The position numbers and the translations under genes are program-made. DNA of 63,437 nucleotides, the filler included, from Reclinomonas americana ATCC 50394 (Eukaryota), in the NCBI GenBank assembly GCA_048213135.1. It is 16 parts of 16 records of this genome, joined end to end, with 100 filler letters (N's around TTAATTAATTAA, not from the genome) between each part and the next. Parts side by side here need not be neighbours in the genome. Positions count along the whole stretch, not along the records: positions 11,201 to 17,948 come from AFZH01018457.1; positions 18,049 to 23,495 come from AFZH01018458.1; positions 23,596 to 27,757 come from AFZH01018460.1; 13 more parts are not named here. One strand, 5' to 3'. How positions within the stretch are numbered: position 1 is the first letter of the stretch; every line of letters begins with the position of its first letter. The notes below the pieces were generated by a model that worked only from the letters and a program-made list of their open reading frames with translations, made no database searches and had not been told where the DNA came from. Shown here piece after piece: positions 12,181 to 24,122 of the stretch.

Positions 12181-14143
12181 ACCTCCTTCCCCCCATACCG
12201 CCAACTGTGGGAATTCGTGCAAGGACTGGAGGGCTTCATGCAAGCCATGAACATTGACCGGTGTCACTTGATGGGTGTCTCGCTGGGCGGCTTCCTCGCG
12301 CAAGTGTTTGCCAGCGTGCGACCTGAGCTGGTGACCAGTCTGGTGCTGGTCAACACGTTTTGCGACGCCACGCCGTTCCACGATAGCGCGCCGTGCCGGG
12401 AGATGTTGCGTAACCACGTGTGGGAGAGAGAGAGAGAGAGAAAGGAAGGGATGGACACTACTTCACGCGCTTCTCTATCGCTCGATGTGTCGCTCTGCCA
12501 ATCTCTCTCCTGTGCTGTTTCTTTCCGTCTCTCTCTCACTTCTCTCTGTCTCTCCCCCCGTCTACTCACTGCCACACTCGGGTTCTCATCTCTGTCTTTT
12601 TTCGTTGTCTCTCTCTCACGCACACATTCCCTCCTTCCCGCGCGCTCACTCTCCTTTTACACTCTGTTCTCGCGCTCCATACTCTTTCTCTCACACACGC
12701 TCTCTGTCCTTTTTTCGCTCTATCCTGTCCCTGTATCTCGGGTTGTCACACATCACTTTCTCCCTCTCACTCTCTGCTTTCTCGCTGTCTCTGTCACTTG
12801 CCTCTTGTTTTCTCGCCGTCTCTATCTGTCTCTCGTTTGTCGCTCTTTCTCTCTGTCACTCGACGTCTTCTCTCTGTATTTCACGCTCTCTGTCTCTGTC
12901 TCTCCATTTCTTCCCTTTCTTCCCTTACCCTCCCTTCCTCACCCCTCCCTCCCCACAGGCTGCGCCTCCTCCCCGCCTTCATGCTCAAGCGCACCATGCT
13001 GAAGAGCTTCCCGCAAGGCCTGCTGTACTCTGAGCTGGCCTCCGCCGTCGATTTCATGGTGGAGGAGGTCAGTCGCTCTTCGCAAATCCGTTCCATTCTT
13101 GATGATCATGATTGCTCACTCTCTCCCTCTCCCTCCCCCTCTCCCTCTCCCTTTCCCGCCGCAGCTCGAGACGCTGAAGCAAAAGGACGTGGCTGCCCGG
13201 TTATACCTCAACACCAGCGCACACCGCGTCGACCCGGTGCGCATCGATCAGCACAAGATCACCATAATCGAGTCGCTGGACGACAATGTGATTCCGGCGT
13301 ACATGAAGGAGGATTTGCGCGAGATGTACCCGGACGCCAAGTACGCGCCCATGAAGCACGGCGGCGCGTTCCCGTTCTTGGCCGCCGCCGACGAGTTTTC
13401 CATGATGCTGGAGGTGCGCGTGACGGAGAGAGAGTCATCGGAAGCGTAATAATCATGTGTTTATCGACGGTGGATGCGCGCAGGTGCACATGCGAAACCA
13501 GGAGCTCGGACTGGAGTGCGGTGTGCCGGTGAATGAGAGGAGTGTGACTGACGAGTCGGAGGTGAGTGGCCGCCGCAAGATGCCGAGCTATACGAGCGCT
13601 TGCTCATCTTAGATGACACAGGGTGGCGAATCCAGCGGACTGCACACCGTGTCGGCCGATGGAACAGGCACAGCCTCGCACCATTCGTCGTCTTCTGTGC
13701 CGCCACCTTCGGTCGCCGCCTCGGCAGTTGCGTGCACTCCACTCCCCTACGGGTTCGATTGCTTGGCTTATGATTGATGGACACTATCGCAGGCCGCTCC
13801 ACCACCAGCAGCTCCACCTCGCGCCTCCAAGGCCCCCATTCAAGTCAGTGCGATGCCTGGCTCACAGCGGTACGAGACGCGCGCCACGACACTCATGCCC
13901 GACGAGGTATTGTGCTCCTTATGCTTGAACCAGAGAGGAAGTTGGAGAAGAATGTGATGAGAGAGGTGGAGAAAGGCACAGAAGAACGTGGAGAAAGCCG
14001 GTGCACACCTCCTGATCTTCTCCCCTTCACCTTGCCGATTCTCTGTCTCTTTCTCGTCGCAGTTGCTCACCGCGCAGCATCCGGAACGAAGGCAAGTGGC
14101 GGCGGCGGTGGCCCACGCTGGCAGTGGTGCGGCGGCGCGATGA
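12181..14143 (+). CDS. SPG21: Maspardin (alpha/beta-hydrolase fold), 5'-partial, with probable low-complexity C-terminal extension
   Basis: HLMGVSLGGFLAQ, SLVLVNTFCD, LPAFMLKR, AVDFMVE, ARLYLN and AKYAPMKHGGAFPFL match maspardin. The exons after 13560 are inferred from splice signals only and are less certain. Confidence 0.88.
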
Positions 14144-14232
14144 CATTTCTCTGCACCTGTGAGGAACGAACGAAAATATAACAGCACAGAGATTTGTCTT
14201 TCACACGCGTACACTCTCTCATGACTATTGCC

Positions 14233-17200
14233 TCAGTGGGGCCATAATTTGAGTGGCGGCGCCAGGATGAACAGGTAAATGGCGCACAGCAGCACGAGAG
14301 CGCCAGCGACGATGATTAATCGGAACTGGTTGCGCACGAGCCACGATTGCTTGTGCATGCGCGAGACGAACGATGACAGCTCGTTGTCTGAGAGTGAGAA
14401 AGAGAGTGAGATCAATGAGGGGGGGAAGATAAATTCTTCGATTGTCGGGCATACCGGTGCTCTTGGTGGAGTTGGACTGCGTGAACAGCGAGTCGTAGTA
14501 GCGCAGTGGTCGCTTGCCGAGGCTCGTCAGTCGACGCGTCACGTCTTCCACCTCCATGGTTTCCAGGTAGTGCTCGACTTCCTCGCTCAGCTGTGCGAGT
14601 AACAACAATAACAACAACAGAGAGGGAGAAGGAGAGTGGAGAGATGAGAGAGAAGATGGCGCGAAAAAATCAACAAAACAGCGGCATTGAGAAAGAGAGA
14701 AGAGAGAAAACAGAAAGAAAAGAAAGGGTCATGTAGAACAACACAGTAGCAGAGAGAGAAGAGAAGGGAAACAAGAGCGAGACAACAGACAACAGCTCAC
14801 AGAGAGACAGATATACATATACGCACGCAAACAAGAACAAGAGAGGCAGATACGCGCACACGCAACATTCTGCAACATGAGACTCAAATCGGCAGAGTTG
14901 TAGTGATTGACACGGTCGCGCAGCGTGCCCTGGAAGGTGCTGTTCAACTCCAGCTTCACGTAGCCGTGCGTCGAGTAGCCGTACTGCTCGAAGAACTTGC
15001 GCTTCACGTCGCACAGGAAGGTGTAGGCGGCGGCGGCGGGGTAGCCACCGGCGGTGACGGTGAAGAAGGAGATGCTGGCGGTGCAGGCGGCGACTTTGAC
15101 CGGGGAGCGAGTGGCGGCGTCGTCCACAGGGTTCCTGGGAGGGAAAGGGATATGAGGGGAAGGGGGGAATGAGGGAAGGGGATAACGGAAAGGAAGGGGC
15201 AGGGGGAATGAGGGAAGGGGGGAAGTGGGGAAGGGGAAGGGGGGAAGGGGGAAGTGGGGAAGGGGGAAGGGGAAAGGGGGATGGGGGAAGGAACACAGAA
15301 TCAGGTTTGGGAATAGAGAATATACACACAGAACAAATGGCGAAGCAAAAAGCAAGAAGACTGTGGAGTACACCGAAATTCCGACACAGGAGAGCGCAAA
15401 AAAGCGGTGCACAAAGAGACTGTGGATGACGAGGAATTCAGACTAAACAAAGTTGAAAGAAAGCGGAGGATCAAGTGCACAACGAAATGCGATGCAGTCA
15501 CACGCAATGATCAGGGCATTCAAGGTATCTCGTGTACAAACCTTGCGGAAACGGCGTACAAGTGCAAGTCGTCAATGGCAAACGCCGTCGGGTGCGACTG
15601 CTGTGTTGACGACATGTTGCTGCTGGCCGTCGATATGGGCGACGTCACGCCGCTGGTGCCAGCTACGACAAGGGAGGAAAGAGAGAGAGGACGGAGAAGT
15701 GAGCAACGGATGTGAACGTTGCATGGTGCGAATTGCAACATGCAGTGCGTTGGTTTCAATGAACAAAATAACGGAGTCCAAAGAAACAGACGACCGCAGT
15801 GTGAAGACTCAAGCCTCCATCACCTCACGCAAGAAATGATGAAGGAAAGAGCCTTGGATGAAGGATAGAACCGCACAACGGAGACGAGCGTGAAATCAGC
15901 GCGAGAGGAGAGCGGAAGACTCGGGCGAGGGAAGACTCGGTGAGCGATGTGTCCACAGGAGTGAGAGACGAGGGTGAGAGAGGAACTGCGAGTGCGCAAG
16001 CGAAGACATACGCGTTGACAGTAATATGACTCCTTCCTCCCCTCCCACTACCCACCATACATATGATGCCGACGGCGATGATGGATGAAGGATAGAACCG
16101 CACAAGAGCGAGAAATCAGCGAGAGGAGCAATGGGAAACGCGCACGAGTGTCCACAGGAGCGAGAGACAAAGACGAGAGAGGAACCGCGAGTGCACAAGC
16201 GAAGACATACGCGTTGACAGTGATCCCTTCATCTTCCCATCCCCCCACCACCCACCATACAAATGATGTCGATGGTGATGATGGATGAAGGATAGAACCG
16301 CACGAGGGAGAAGAACGAGAAATCAGCGAGAGGAGAGCGGAAGAGTCGGTGCGCGATGTGTCCAAAGGAGTGAGGGACAAGGGTGAGAGAGGAAACCCGA
16401 TTGCGCAAGCGAAGACATACGCGTTGACAGTGATTTGCCTTCCCACCCTCCCACTACCCACCATACACGTGATACCGACGGCGACGACGGATGAAGGATA
16501 GAACCGCACAAGGGAGAAGAACGAGAAATCAGCAAGAAGAGAGCGAAAAACACGTGAGCGATGTGTCCACAGGAGTGAGAGACAAAGACGAGAGAGGAAC
16601 CGCGAGTGCGCAAGCGAAGACATACGCGTTGACAGTGATATGACCCCTTCATCTTCCCTCCCCACCACCCACCATACATATGATGCCGACGGTGATGATG
16701 GATGAAGGATAGAACCGCACAAGGGAGAAGAACGAGAAATCAGCGAGAGGAGAGCAATGGGAAACGCGCACGAGTGTCCACAGGAGCGAGGGACAAGGAT
16801 GAGAGAGGAACCGCGAGTGCACAAGCGAAGACATACAAGGACAGTGACTTGCCCTTCCTCCCCTCCCTACCACCCACCATACATATGATGCCGATGATGA
16901 TGACGGAGAAAGCACCACACAAGGGAGAAGAACGAGAAATCAGCGAGAGGAGAGCAGAAGACTCGGTGAGCAATGTGTCCACACGAGTGAGAGACAAGGA
17001 TGAGAGAGGAACCGCGAGTGCACAAGCGAAGACATACGCGTTGACAGTGACTTGCCCTTCCTCCCCTCCCTACCACCCACCATACATATGATGCCGATGA
17101 TGATGATGGAGAAAGCACCGCACAAGGGAGAAGAGCGAGAAATCAGCGAGAGGAGAGCAATGGGAAACGCGCACGAGTGTCCACAGGAGCGAGAGACAAA

Positions 17201-17677
17201 GACGACGAGAGAGGAACCGCGATTGCGCAAGAGAAGACATACGCGTTGACAGTGACTTGCACACCCACCATACACGTGATACCGATGGTGACGACGGATG
17301 AAGGATAGAACCGCACAAGCGAGAAGAACGAGAAATAAGCGAACGGAGAGCGGAAGACTCGGTGGGCGAAGTGTCCACAGGAGTGAGAGACAAGGGTGAG
17401 AGAGGAACCGCGAAGACATACGCGTTGACAGTGATATGACCCCTTCCTCCCCTCCCACACCACCCACCATACATATGATGCCGATGGTGATGATGGTGAT
17501 GCGGATGGAGCGCCAAATGATGTGGATAGTGAAACAAGTGTGGAGGCTGATGCAGCGCCAAGTGCGGCAGTTGACTCGACGAGGGCGTGCGCAGGAGACT
17601 CGGCAGCAACGAGTGCACCACCGTGCGCAGAGTACCCACTTGAGTGGTGTAGTCGGCGATCACGCAGTCGCCACTGA
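14233..17677 (-). CDS. Longin-domain tail-anchored protein (VAMP7/phytolongin-like), 5'-partial
   Basis: Exons read GDCVIADYTTQVGTLRTVVHSLLPSL (~17600), FAIDDLHLYAVSA (~15570) and FFTVTAGGYPAAAAYTFLCDVKRKFFEQYG...LNSTFQGTLRDRVNHYN (~15000). C-terminal transmembrane helix LIIVAGALVLLCAIYLFIL. Confidence 0.72.
15855..17485. repeat. Intronic tandem array of about eight ~200-bp units
   Basis: Repeated gatgaaggatagaaccgcac...gaaatcagcgagagg...tgtccacaggag...aagcgaagacatacgcgttgacagt...cccaccatac. Confidence 0.9.
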
Positions 17678-17827
17678 TTAGGAGGAGGAGGAGGAGGAGA
17701 AGGGGGGAAGGGTGAGAGAGGGAGGAGAGAAGATGAGAGAGTGAAGGGAAGGAGTGTGCGTGTGTGCATAGTTGACTGTCTCTTCCTCTCTGCCACACAC
17801 TCCACATGCCCTCTCTCTGCCTCACTA

Positions 17828-17830
<3 letters not shown>

Positions 17831-17910
<80 letters not shown>
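17831..17910. repeat. (GT)n microsatellite
   Basis: Directly visible. Similar (CA)n, (CT)n or (GA)n tracts lie at 23596, 31580, 46069, 46282, 47774 and 61602, mostly next to linkers. Confidence 0.95.
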
Positions 17911-17911
<1 letters not shown>

Positions 17912-18118
17912 GTGTTGTTGTTGTTGTCGTAGTAACAACTCACGTACANNNNNNNNNNNNNNNNNNNNNNNNNNNNNNNNNNNNNNNNNNNNTTAATTAA
18001 TTAANNNNNNNNNNNNNNNNNNNNNNNNNNNNNNNNNNNNNNNNNNNNGGTTTGGTTTGGTTTGGTTAGGTTAACGTAAACGTAAACTAACACACGACGA
18101 GTGTTCTTTCGTCTCTCG

Positions 18119-18150
<32 letters not shown>

Positions 18151-18161
18151 CTCGTCTCTCA

Positions 18162-18209
<48 letters not shown>

Positions 18210-18657
18210 TGAAACACAATTCTTCACATTTCTATCTCCACTCTTCTCATCTCTCTGTTTCCTCTCTTCCACACCAACCTGCACACTCCCGCATAGAGGA
18301 TCTTGTGCTCCATAATGAGCACTGCACCCTCTCACACACAGAAGCACAGAACGATTTCGCGCGCAATCGCGTCTACATTACGTTATGTAAAGGCTTTTCT
18401 TGCATGTCATTTGCCGCGAGAGAGGAGGAGGAGGCAGAGGTCGAGGAGGCAGAGGAAGAGAAGGGGGATACTCACTCTCTCTGTCGCACCCACTTGATGT
18501 GTGTGTGTGAGAGAGAAACACAATTCCCATTTCTGCGAGCTCCTCGTTCCCTCTCTCTTTTGCCCTCTTTTCCACACCAACCTGCACATTCCAGCATAGA
18601 GGATCTTGCGCCCCATAGTGACAGTGAGCACACCGCACGCAGAGAAGATCTAGAAGA

Positions 18658-18778
18658 GGGAAGATGTCTGTTGGAGAAGATTTATCTATGTGTTGATTAT
18701 TGTTGGTGTGCCAATGGTCATCGTCGGCAAGGGATTTGTGGACATTTGTCGCATTATTGGAATGTGGTGAATGAAGTG
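18658..18778 (+). repeat. Dispersed ~120-bp element, copy A
   Basis: gggaagatg..tgttggagaag...ttgttggtgtgccaa...gtcggcaagggatttgtgg...tcgcattattggaatgtggtgaatgaagtg, matching 39733-39850. Confidence 0.85.
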
Positions 18779-19116
18779 TTTTTCTTTCTTTTTCGAATTG
18801 CAGATCCGGATCCGCGACCGGATCCGCAGCGATCAACACACAACGGCAAGAAACCGTACTGTTGCCTCAAGACTGGTGCTTGTGTTAATGCGTTGGACAT
18901 GGTTGGACTCGCGATCGGCCATCAAGACAGCTGTTGAATTGTTGTTGTTTTTTCTGTCACTTCTCTCCTCATTCTCTCCTCCTCTCCATCTCTTCCGCAC
19001 CGACTTGCACACTGCCGCATCAGGGATCTTGTGCTCCATTGTGAGCACACTGCACACGCAAGCACGATTTCGCGCGCAAACTCGCCTACACAACGTTATG
19101 TAAATCCACGTTTCTC

Positions 19117-19557
19117 ATGTCATCTGCTGCGAGAGAAGACGAGGTCGAGGAGGCAGAGGAGGAGGACATGCCTCACGTGAGTGCAGAGCGCGTGGCTGCG
19201 CTTGTTTCGCAGGGTGTGCGCGAGGACGCGCAGTTGTTGCGGATTGTGAGCTCGTTGGCCTCGATGAGTGTCATGTGCAATCAGGTGAAGCGCGAGAGGC
19301 AGGCGGCGAGGGATGCGTTGACGCAGACAGTGGCGCGGTTGAGACCGACGTTGGATACGAGGTGAGTGGTGCGGGGAAGGGGAGGAGAAGAGGGGGAGAA
19401 GGGGATGAGAAGGTGATGAGAGGGAGAGAGAGAGAGAGAGAGAGAGTGAGGGAGAGAGTGAGAGAGTGAGAGAGTGAGAGAGTGAGAGAGAGAGAAGGGA
19501 GAGTGAGGGAGAGAGTATGTATGTAAGGGAGTGTGTGATGAAGCAAGTCGAGAATGA

Positions 19558-19601
<44 letters not shown>

Positions 19602-20199
19602 ACTCACTCACTCACTCACTCACTCACTCACTCACTCACTCTTTCACTCGCTCCCCCACTCGCTCCCCCACTCGCTCCCCCATTCACTCTCCCACTCACT
19701 CCCTCACTCACTCCCCCGCTCACTCGCCCACTCACTCTCCCACTCACTCCTCCACTCACTCTTCCACTCACACCTGTGCCCTTTTTACAGGAAAGAGTTC
19801 ATCTTGCTCTCCCGCCAGTTGGCGCTGGCCAAGTCGGCTGCGCAAGTGGAGCGCGATCTGGAGCGACAGTTGCAGGCCGCAGGAGCAGCAGACGTAGAGG
19901 CGGAGGAGGAGGACGAGTCGTCGCCGCACGCTTTGCAGGGACTGCTCTCGTTTTTGTTTGCGGTGCCGCAGGGCAGCACGCTGGAGACGGCGGAGCAGGT
20001 GCGAGTGTGGCGGCATGCGGTGGACCAGCGTGCGCGTGTGGTGGCGCAGTGCGTGGAGTTGGAGGAGGAGGCGGCGCCGGTGTTGGAGTGGCTTCAGCAG
20101 TTTCCCATGCCCAGCAGGAAAAAGGCGAGACGGGAGGAGGAAGAGGGGAAGGAGGTGAAGGGGGGAGAGGAGGGAGAGGAGACAGCGGAGTCGACATGA
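19117..20199 (+). CDS. Hypothetical helical protein, two exons (19117-19361, 19791-20199)
   Basis: ATG, a frame-preserving gtgagt...tacag intron and GC-rich coding composition. No family recognised. Confidence 0.65.
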
Positions 20200-20399
20200 A
20201 TCAGAATAGATCTGTGGTTGGTGTGCAACGCGAGGGGTGAGGAGGCGGAAGGTGCAGTGAGGAATGCGAGGTGGGAGTTGTGGCAGTCGTGAGGTGAGTG
20301 CTGGGATCTTCGTGTGCCAGGGGACTGGGGAGTGAGAGGGAATGGAGCAGTGTCGGCAACAGTGAGGAGAGAGATTGTGATATAGCTCTGGCTGCAGAT

Positions 20400-20775
20400 C
20401 ATCGTGAGTGTTGTTTGCGATGGTCTGAGGCAGTGTGGGATGCACAAGGGGAAACACATCGCTGTTGCGAGACTCAGAAGACTGGCGAGCGAGACGAGAA
20501 GGATCAGTGCAGTGACCGAGATTAATGAGATATACCTCGCCGAGGCTCGTGAGCGTTGTTTGCGATGGACTGAGGCAGTGTGGGATGCACAAGGGGAAAC
20601 ACAACGCTGTCGTTTGAGACACAGAAGACTGGCGAGAAGAGAATGAGGACCGAGATTAACGGTATCTCCCTTGAGGCTCGTGAGCGTTATTTGCAATGGA
20701 CTATGGCAGTGCTTGTGGGATGCACAGTGAGAACAGAGCACAGTGCTGCCTGAGACACAGGAGACTGACGAGCGA
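20400..20775. repeat. Three diverged ~140-bp tandem copies
   Basis: tcgtgag.gtt.tttgc.atgg.ct..ggcagtg...gggatgcaca...gagac.cag.agactg.cgag repeated. Confidence 0.75.
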
Positions 20776-21951
20776 GAGTGAATGAGAAGTGAGAATAAGA
20801 GAGGGCGCGAGGGAGAGTGCACGCAGTGGTTTCAGAGAGGTGAAAGGAGCTGAGAAATCGGTGAAACGTGAATGTTTGCAGTGGTTGCCAGTCAGCGAGT
20901 CGCAGAGCGACTTCTTTGAGTTGAGCTGCACATAGAATACAGGCAGAGACAAGGCGAGTAGCACCACACCGCGATTCAAGAAGCAATGCAATTCCAGGAA
21001 TACAGGGGCTTCGTTTGAGCTGGCTGTGTCGGCGACAGTGCAGAAGAGGTCTTGTGTGTGGCAAGTAGAGGTGGTAGAAGAGAGGAGAAGAGAGGGACAG
21101 TCTTGATTCTATGTCAGTGTGAGTGCGGGGAGTTGGAACACACCGTTGAAGTGCAGTGCACGCGCAAGTGCCCATCGACGACTTGCAGATCGACGGCGAA
21201 GGAGTTGCAGGAGGCACCGTTGAAAGCGCACACCGTTGAAATGCCAGGCCGAGGCAGATGCAGTCAATTACAGCGTTTGATTGCAGTCAACACAGCGTGT
21301 CGTTCGCCAAAGGCGGAGAAGGAGCGGGCCCCCCGAGAAACACCAGCAGGAGTGCGCGGCCGAGATATCGAGCCCGAGATCAAAGTCGGGCTTCACAGAC
21401 GCAAATGTCATGCAGCCGTTGCGGAGTGCGCGGCCATGATATCGCGATCGTCTAGGTGTTCGCCTTGCAGATGCAAGTGTCATCATGCGCTGCGGAAGAT
21501 CGCAGTGCGCATGCTTGTTGGTTTTATCATGATCACTGATGCATGATCATCACAACGACATGCTAGCTGTATTTGAGGAAGCGCAACTGCCTGCGAACAG
21601 TTGGCGTGGGAGCTGCTGCTGGCAAGGGCGTTGGGCCCGGTTCACCGTGAATTTGAGAGACCGGCAACTTGAACCCCGGCATTTCCGAGCCACCAATACG
21701 TCGCCAAGATATCGAACGAATCCGCGCGCCTCTGTGCACAGCGTTCACCTTGAGAGGAAGAGTGTGCGTGCGTGCATGTGTGTGTGTGCGTGTGCATAGA
21801 GGGTCCCTCGAGGCACTCTCTTGGCAATGCGAACATTGGCGCGGTTGCCAACGTTGCAACCGACCATCATCACCCCCTCTTGCACCCGCTTCGGACTTTC
21901 ATAATTTCTTTTATTTTTGACTGTGGTCAACACGCAGAGACAAACACAAAA

Positions 21952-22851
21952 ATGATGACACGCAACGTTCTTCTCTCAGTACTCGTTGTGCTGGCCACAC
22001 TGGCCATTGCCGCCAGCGCGTTCTCCACTGGTGAGTGAGTGAGAGACACCAAAAAAAAAAGAAAAAAGTGTGTGAGACACACATCTCAAACATGTCACGC
22101 ACCTTTCTCTCTCACTCTTGTGTTGATTGCTGAGTGTGTGTGCGTGTGCGTGTGCTGCTCTGCGTGTGCGTGTGAGTGCGCGAAGAAACAAGTCTAATCT
22201 CAAATTAGTGTCTTTTCATTGTTGTTTTTTTCTCTTTCACACGCACACTCTCTCTATCCCACCCACACACACATGCTCCTCCTATCCCTCTCATTCGCCT
22301 TCATTCCAATTTTGTGTATATTTGTCATGACACAGAGTACTTCCTTCTCTCTCTCTCACATGCACACTTGCTCCTTCTATCCCTCTCTCATTCGCCGTCA
22401 TCTGTACGGTGTTTCAGACGCAGAATTATGGGTTCCATTCGTCAAGACACGTCCACTCTGCATTCTCACTCTTTTCTCCCTCTGGGTGCATTCTCACTCT
22501 TTTCTCCCTCTGGGCACCTATCTTTTCCTTGTCTCGTTCGCCTGGTTTTCACGATTTTCTTGGCCACAAATACAGGCGAGCGCGAGTCTCTCTCCTCGAA
22601 GCTCCGCACCCTCGACGCACCGATCCCGGTCATGTCGCCCGAGTCGACGTGGGACGACTTGAGTCGCGCGGTGAGCCGCATTGTGGAGGCTGCAGTGGCG
22701 CGCAAGACTGCGGAGAACCGCGTCCGCGGCGAGTTCACTCCCGACTTCACCTACAACAACAATCAAGGCGGCACCAACTGGACCAGGACCGCGACGCAGT
22801 CGACGCACGCGATCGGCACGTGCCTCACCCTGACCTACTCGTTTGTTCCTG
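21952..22851 (+). CDS. Secreted matrixin paralog, N-terminal two exons only
   Basis: Signal peptide MMTRNVLLSVLVVLATLAIAASAFS. Exon 22576-22851 reads APIPVM...WTRTATQ...GTCLTLTYSFVP, homologous to 24753-25043. Confidence 0.7.
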
Positions 22852-23124
22852 GTGAGTGTTGTGATGAAAAGAGTGAGGGCGCGTGTGTTTTCTCTTATGT
22901 CTGTTTGCTGTTACCCCTTCTCCCTGTCTTCTTTCTCTCGTCCCTCTCCCTCTGTGTGTTTGTGTGTGTGTGTGTGAGTGTGTGTGTGTGTGTGTGTGTT
23001 CTCTCTCACTCTTCTCCCTTCTCGCTTTCTCACTTCTCTTGTCTCTGTTCTTCCTCGTCTCCCTCACACCCCCTCTTTCTCTGCCCTCTCCCTTCTGTTC
23101 TTCCTCGTCTCCATCACCCCCTCC

Positions 23125-23495
23125 CTTCTCCTTCTCGCCCTTCTCGCCCTTCTCCTTCTCTCCCATCTCCTTCTCTCCCATCTCCTTCTCGCCCTTCTCC
23201 TTCTCTCCCATCTCCTTCTCGCCCTTCTCGCCCTTCTCCTTCTCGCCCTTCTCCTTCTCGCCCTTCTCCTTCTCGCCCTTCTCCTTCTCGCCCTTCTCCT
23301 TCTCGCCCTTCTCCTTCTCGCCCTTCTCCTTCTCGCCCTTTCTCCTTCTCGCCCTTCTCCTTCTCTCCCTTCTCCTTCTCTCCCTTCTCCTTCTATCCCT
23401 TCTCCTTCTCTCCCTTCTCCTTCTCTCCCTTCTCCTTCTCGCCCTTCTCCTTCTCGCCCTTCTCCTCCTCTCCCTTCTCCTCCTCACCCTTCTCC
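23125..23495. repeat. 15-bp pyrimidine minisatellite (TTCTCGCCCTTCTCC)n, intronic
   Basis: Directly visible. Confidence 0.9.
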
Positions 23496-23595
23496 NNNNN
23501 NNNNNNNNNNNNNNNNNNNNNNNNNNNNNNNNNNNNNNNTTAATTAATTAANNNNNNNNNNNNNNNNNNNNNNNNNNNNNNNNNNNNNNNNNNNN

Positions 23596-23680
<85 letters not shown>

Positions 23681-24122
23681 CAGACATGAGGAATGCAGGA
23701 AAAAAGAGCGCAAATGGGAGATCGATATCCAAAAAAGGACATTTTCTCTCTCACGCTCTGCACAGCGACCGCTGCTTCATTTTGCTGCCGGAGACCCCGG
23801 AGGAGAGGGAGAACCTTGCGCCCATAGAAACCCACTTCTCCAGACGACAGCTGGTGGCGCCTTCTTTGAAAAAAAGTGATCATGCAGGCGAATATTACGT
23901 TGCCATGACCACGTTTGCCAAGGAAAACTGGTCATGAGAAGCGTGCAAGCGAGGAGATGGAAAAAGAGAGAGAAAGAAACAGTGGTGGAGGGGGGGCAGT
24001 AAAAGAGAAAAAGGAAAAAACCCACCTCTCAATACATGCAACCTTCTTTCGGTTGCTGCCGCACACCCAATACAATAACCCAATACCTAAAAAACGCGGA
24101 AGTGTGAGAGAGAGACATCACC

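Noticed and set aside
15855..17485. Possible CRISPR-like array
   Set aside because: Whole ~200-bp units are homologous, with no unique spacers and no cas genes, and the array lies in a eukaryotic intron.
66..17677. Functional cluster of trafficking genes (AP-3 delta, maspardin, longin)
   Set aside because: The genes are separated by a gap and by unrelated genes, so chance proximity is plausible.
20880..21500. Possible minus-strand gene
   Set aside because: No frame-consistent model could be built.
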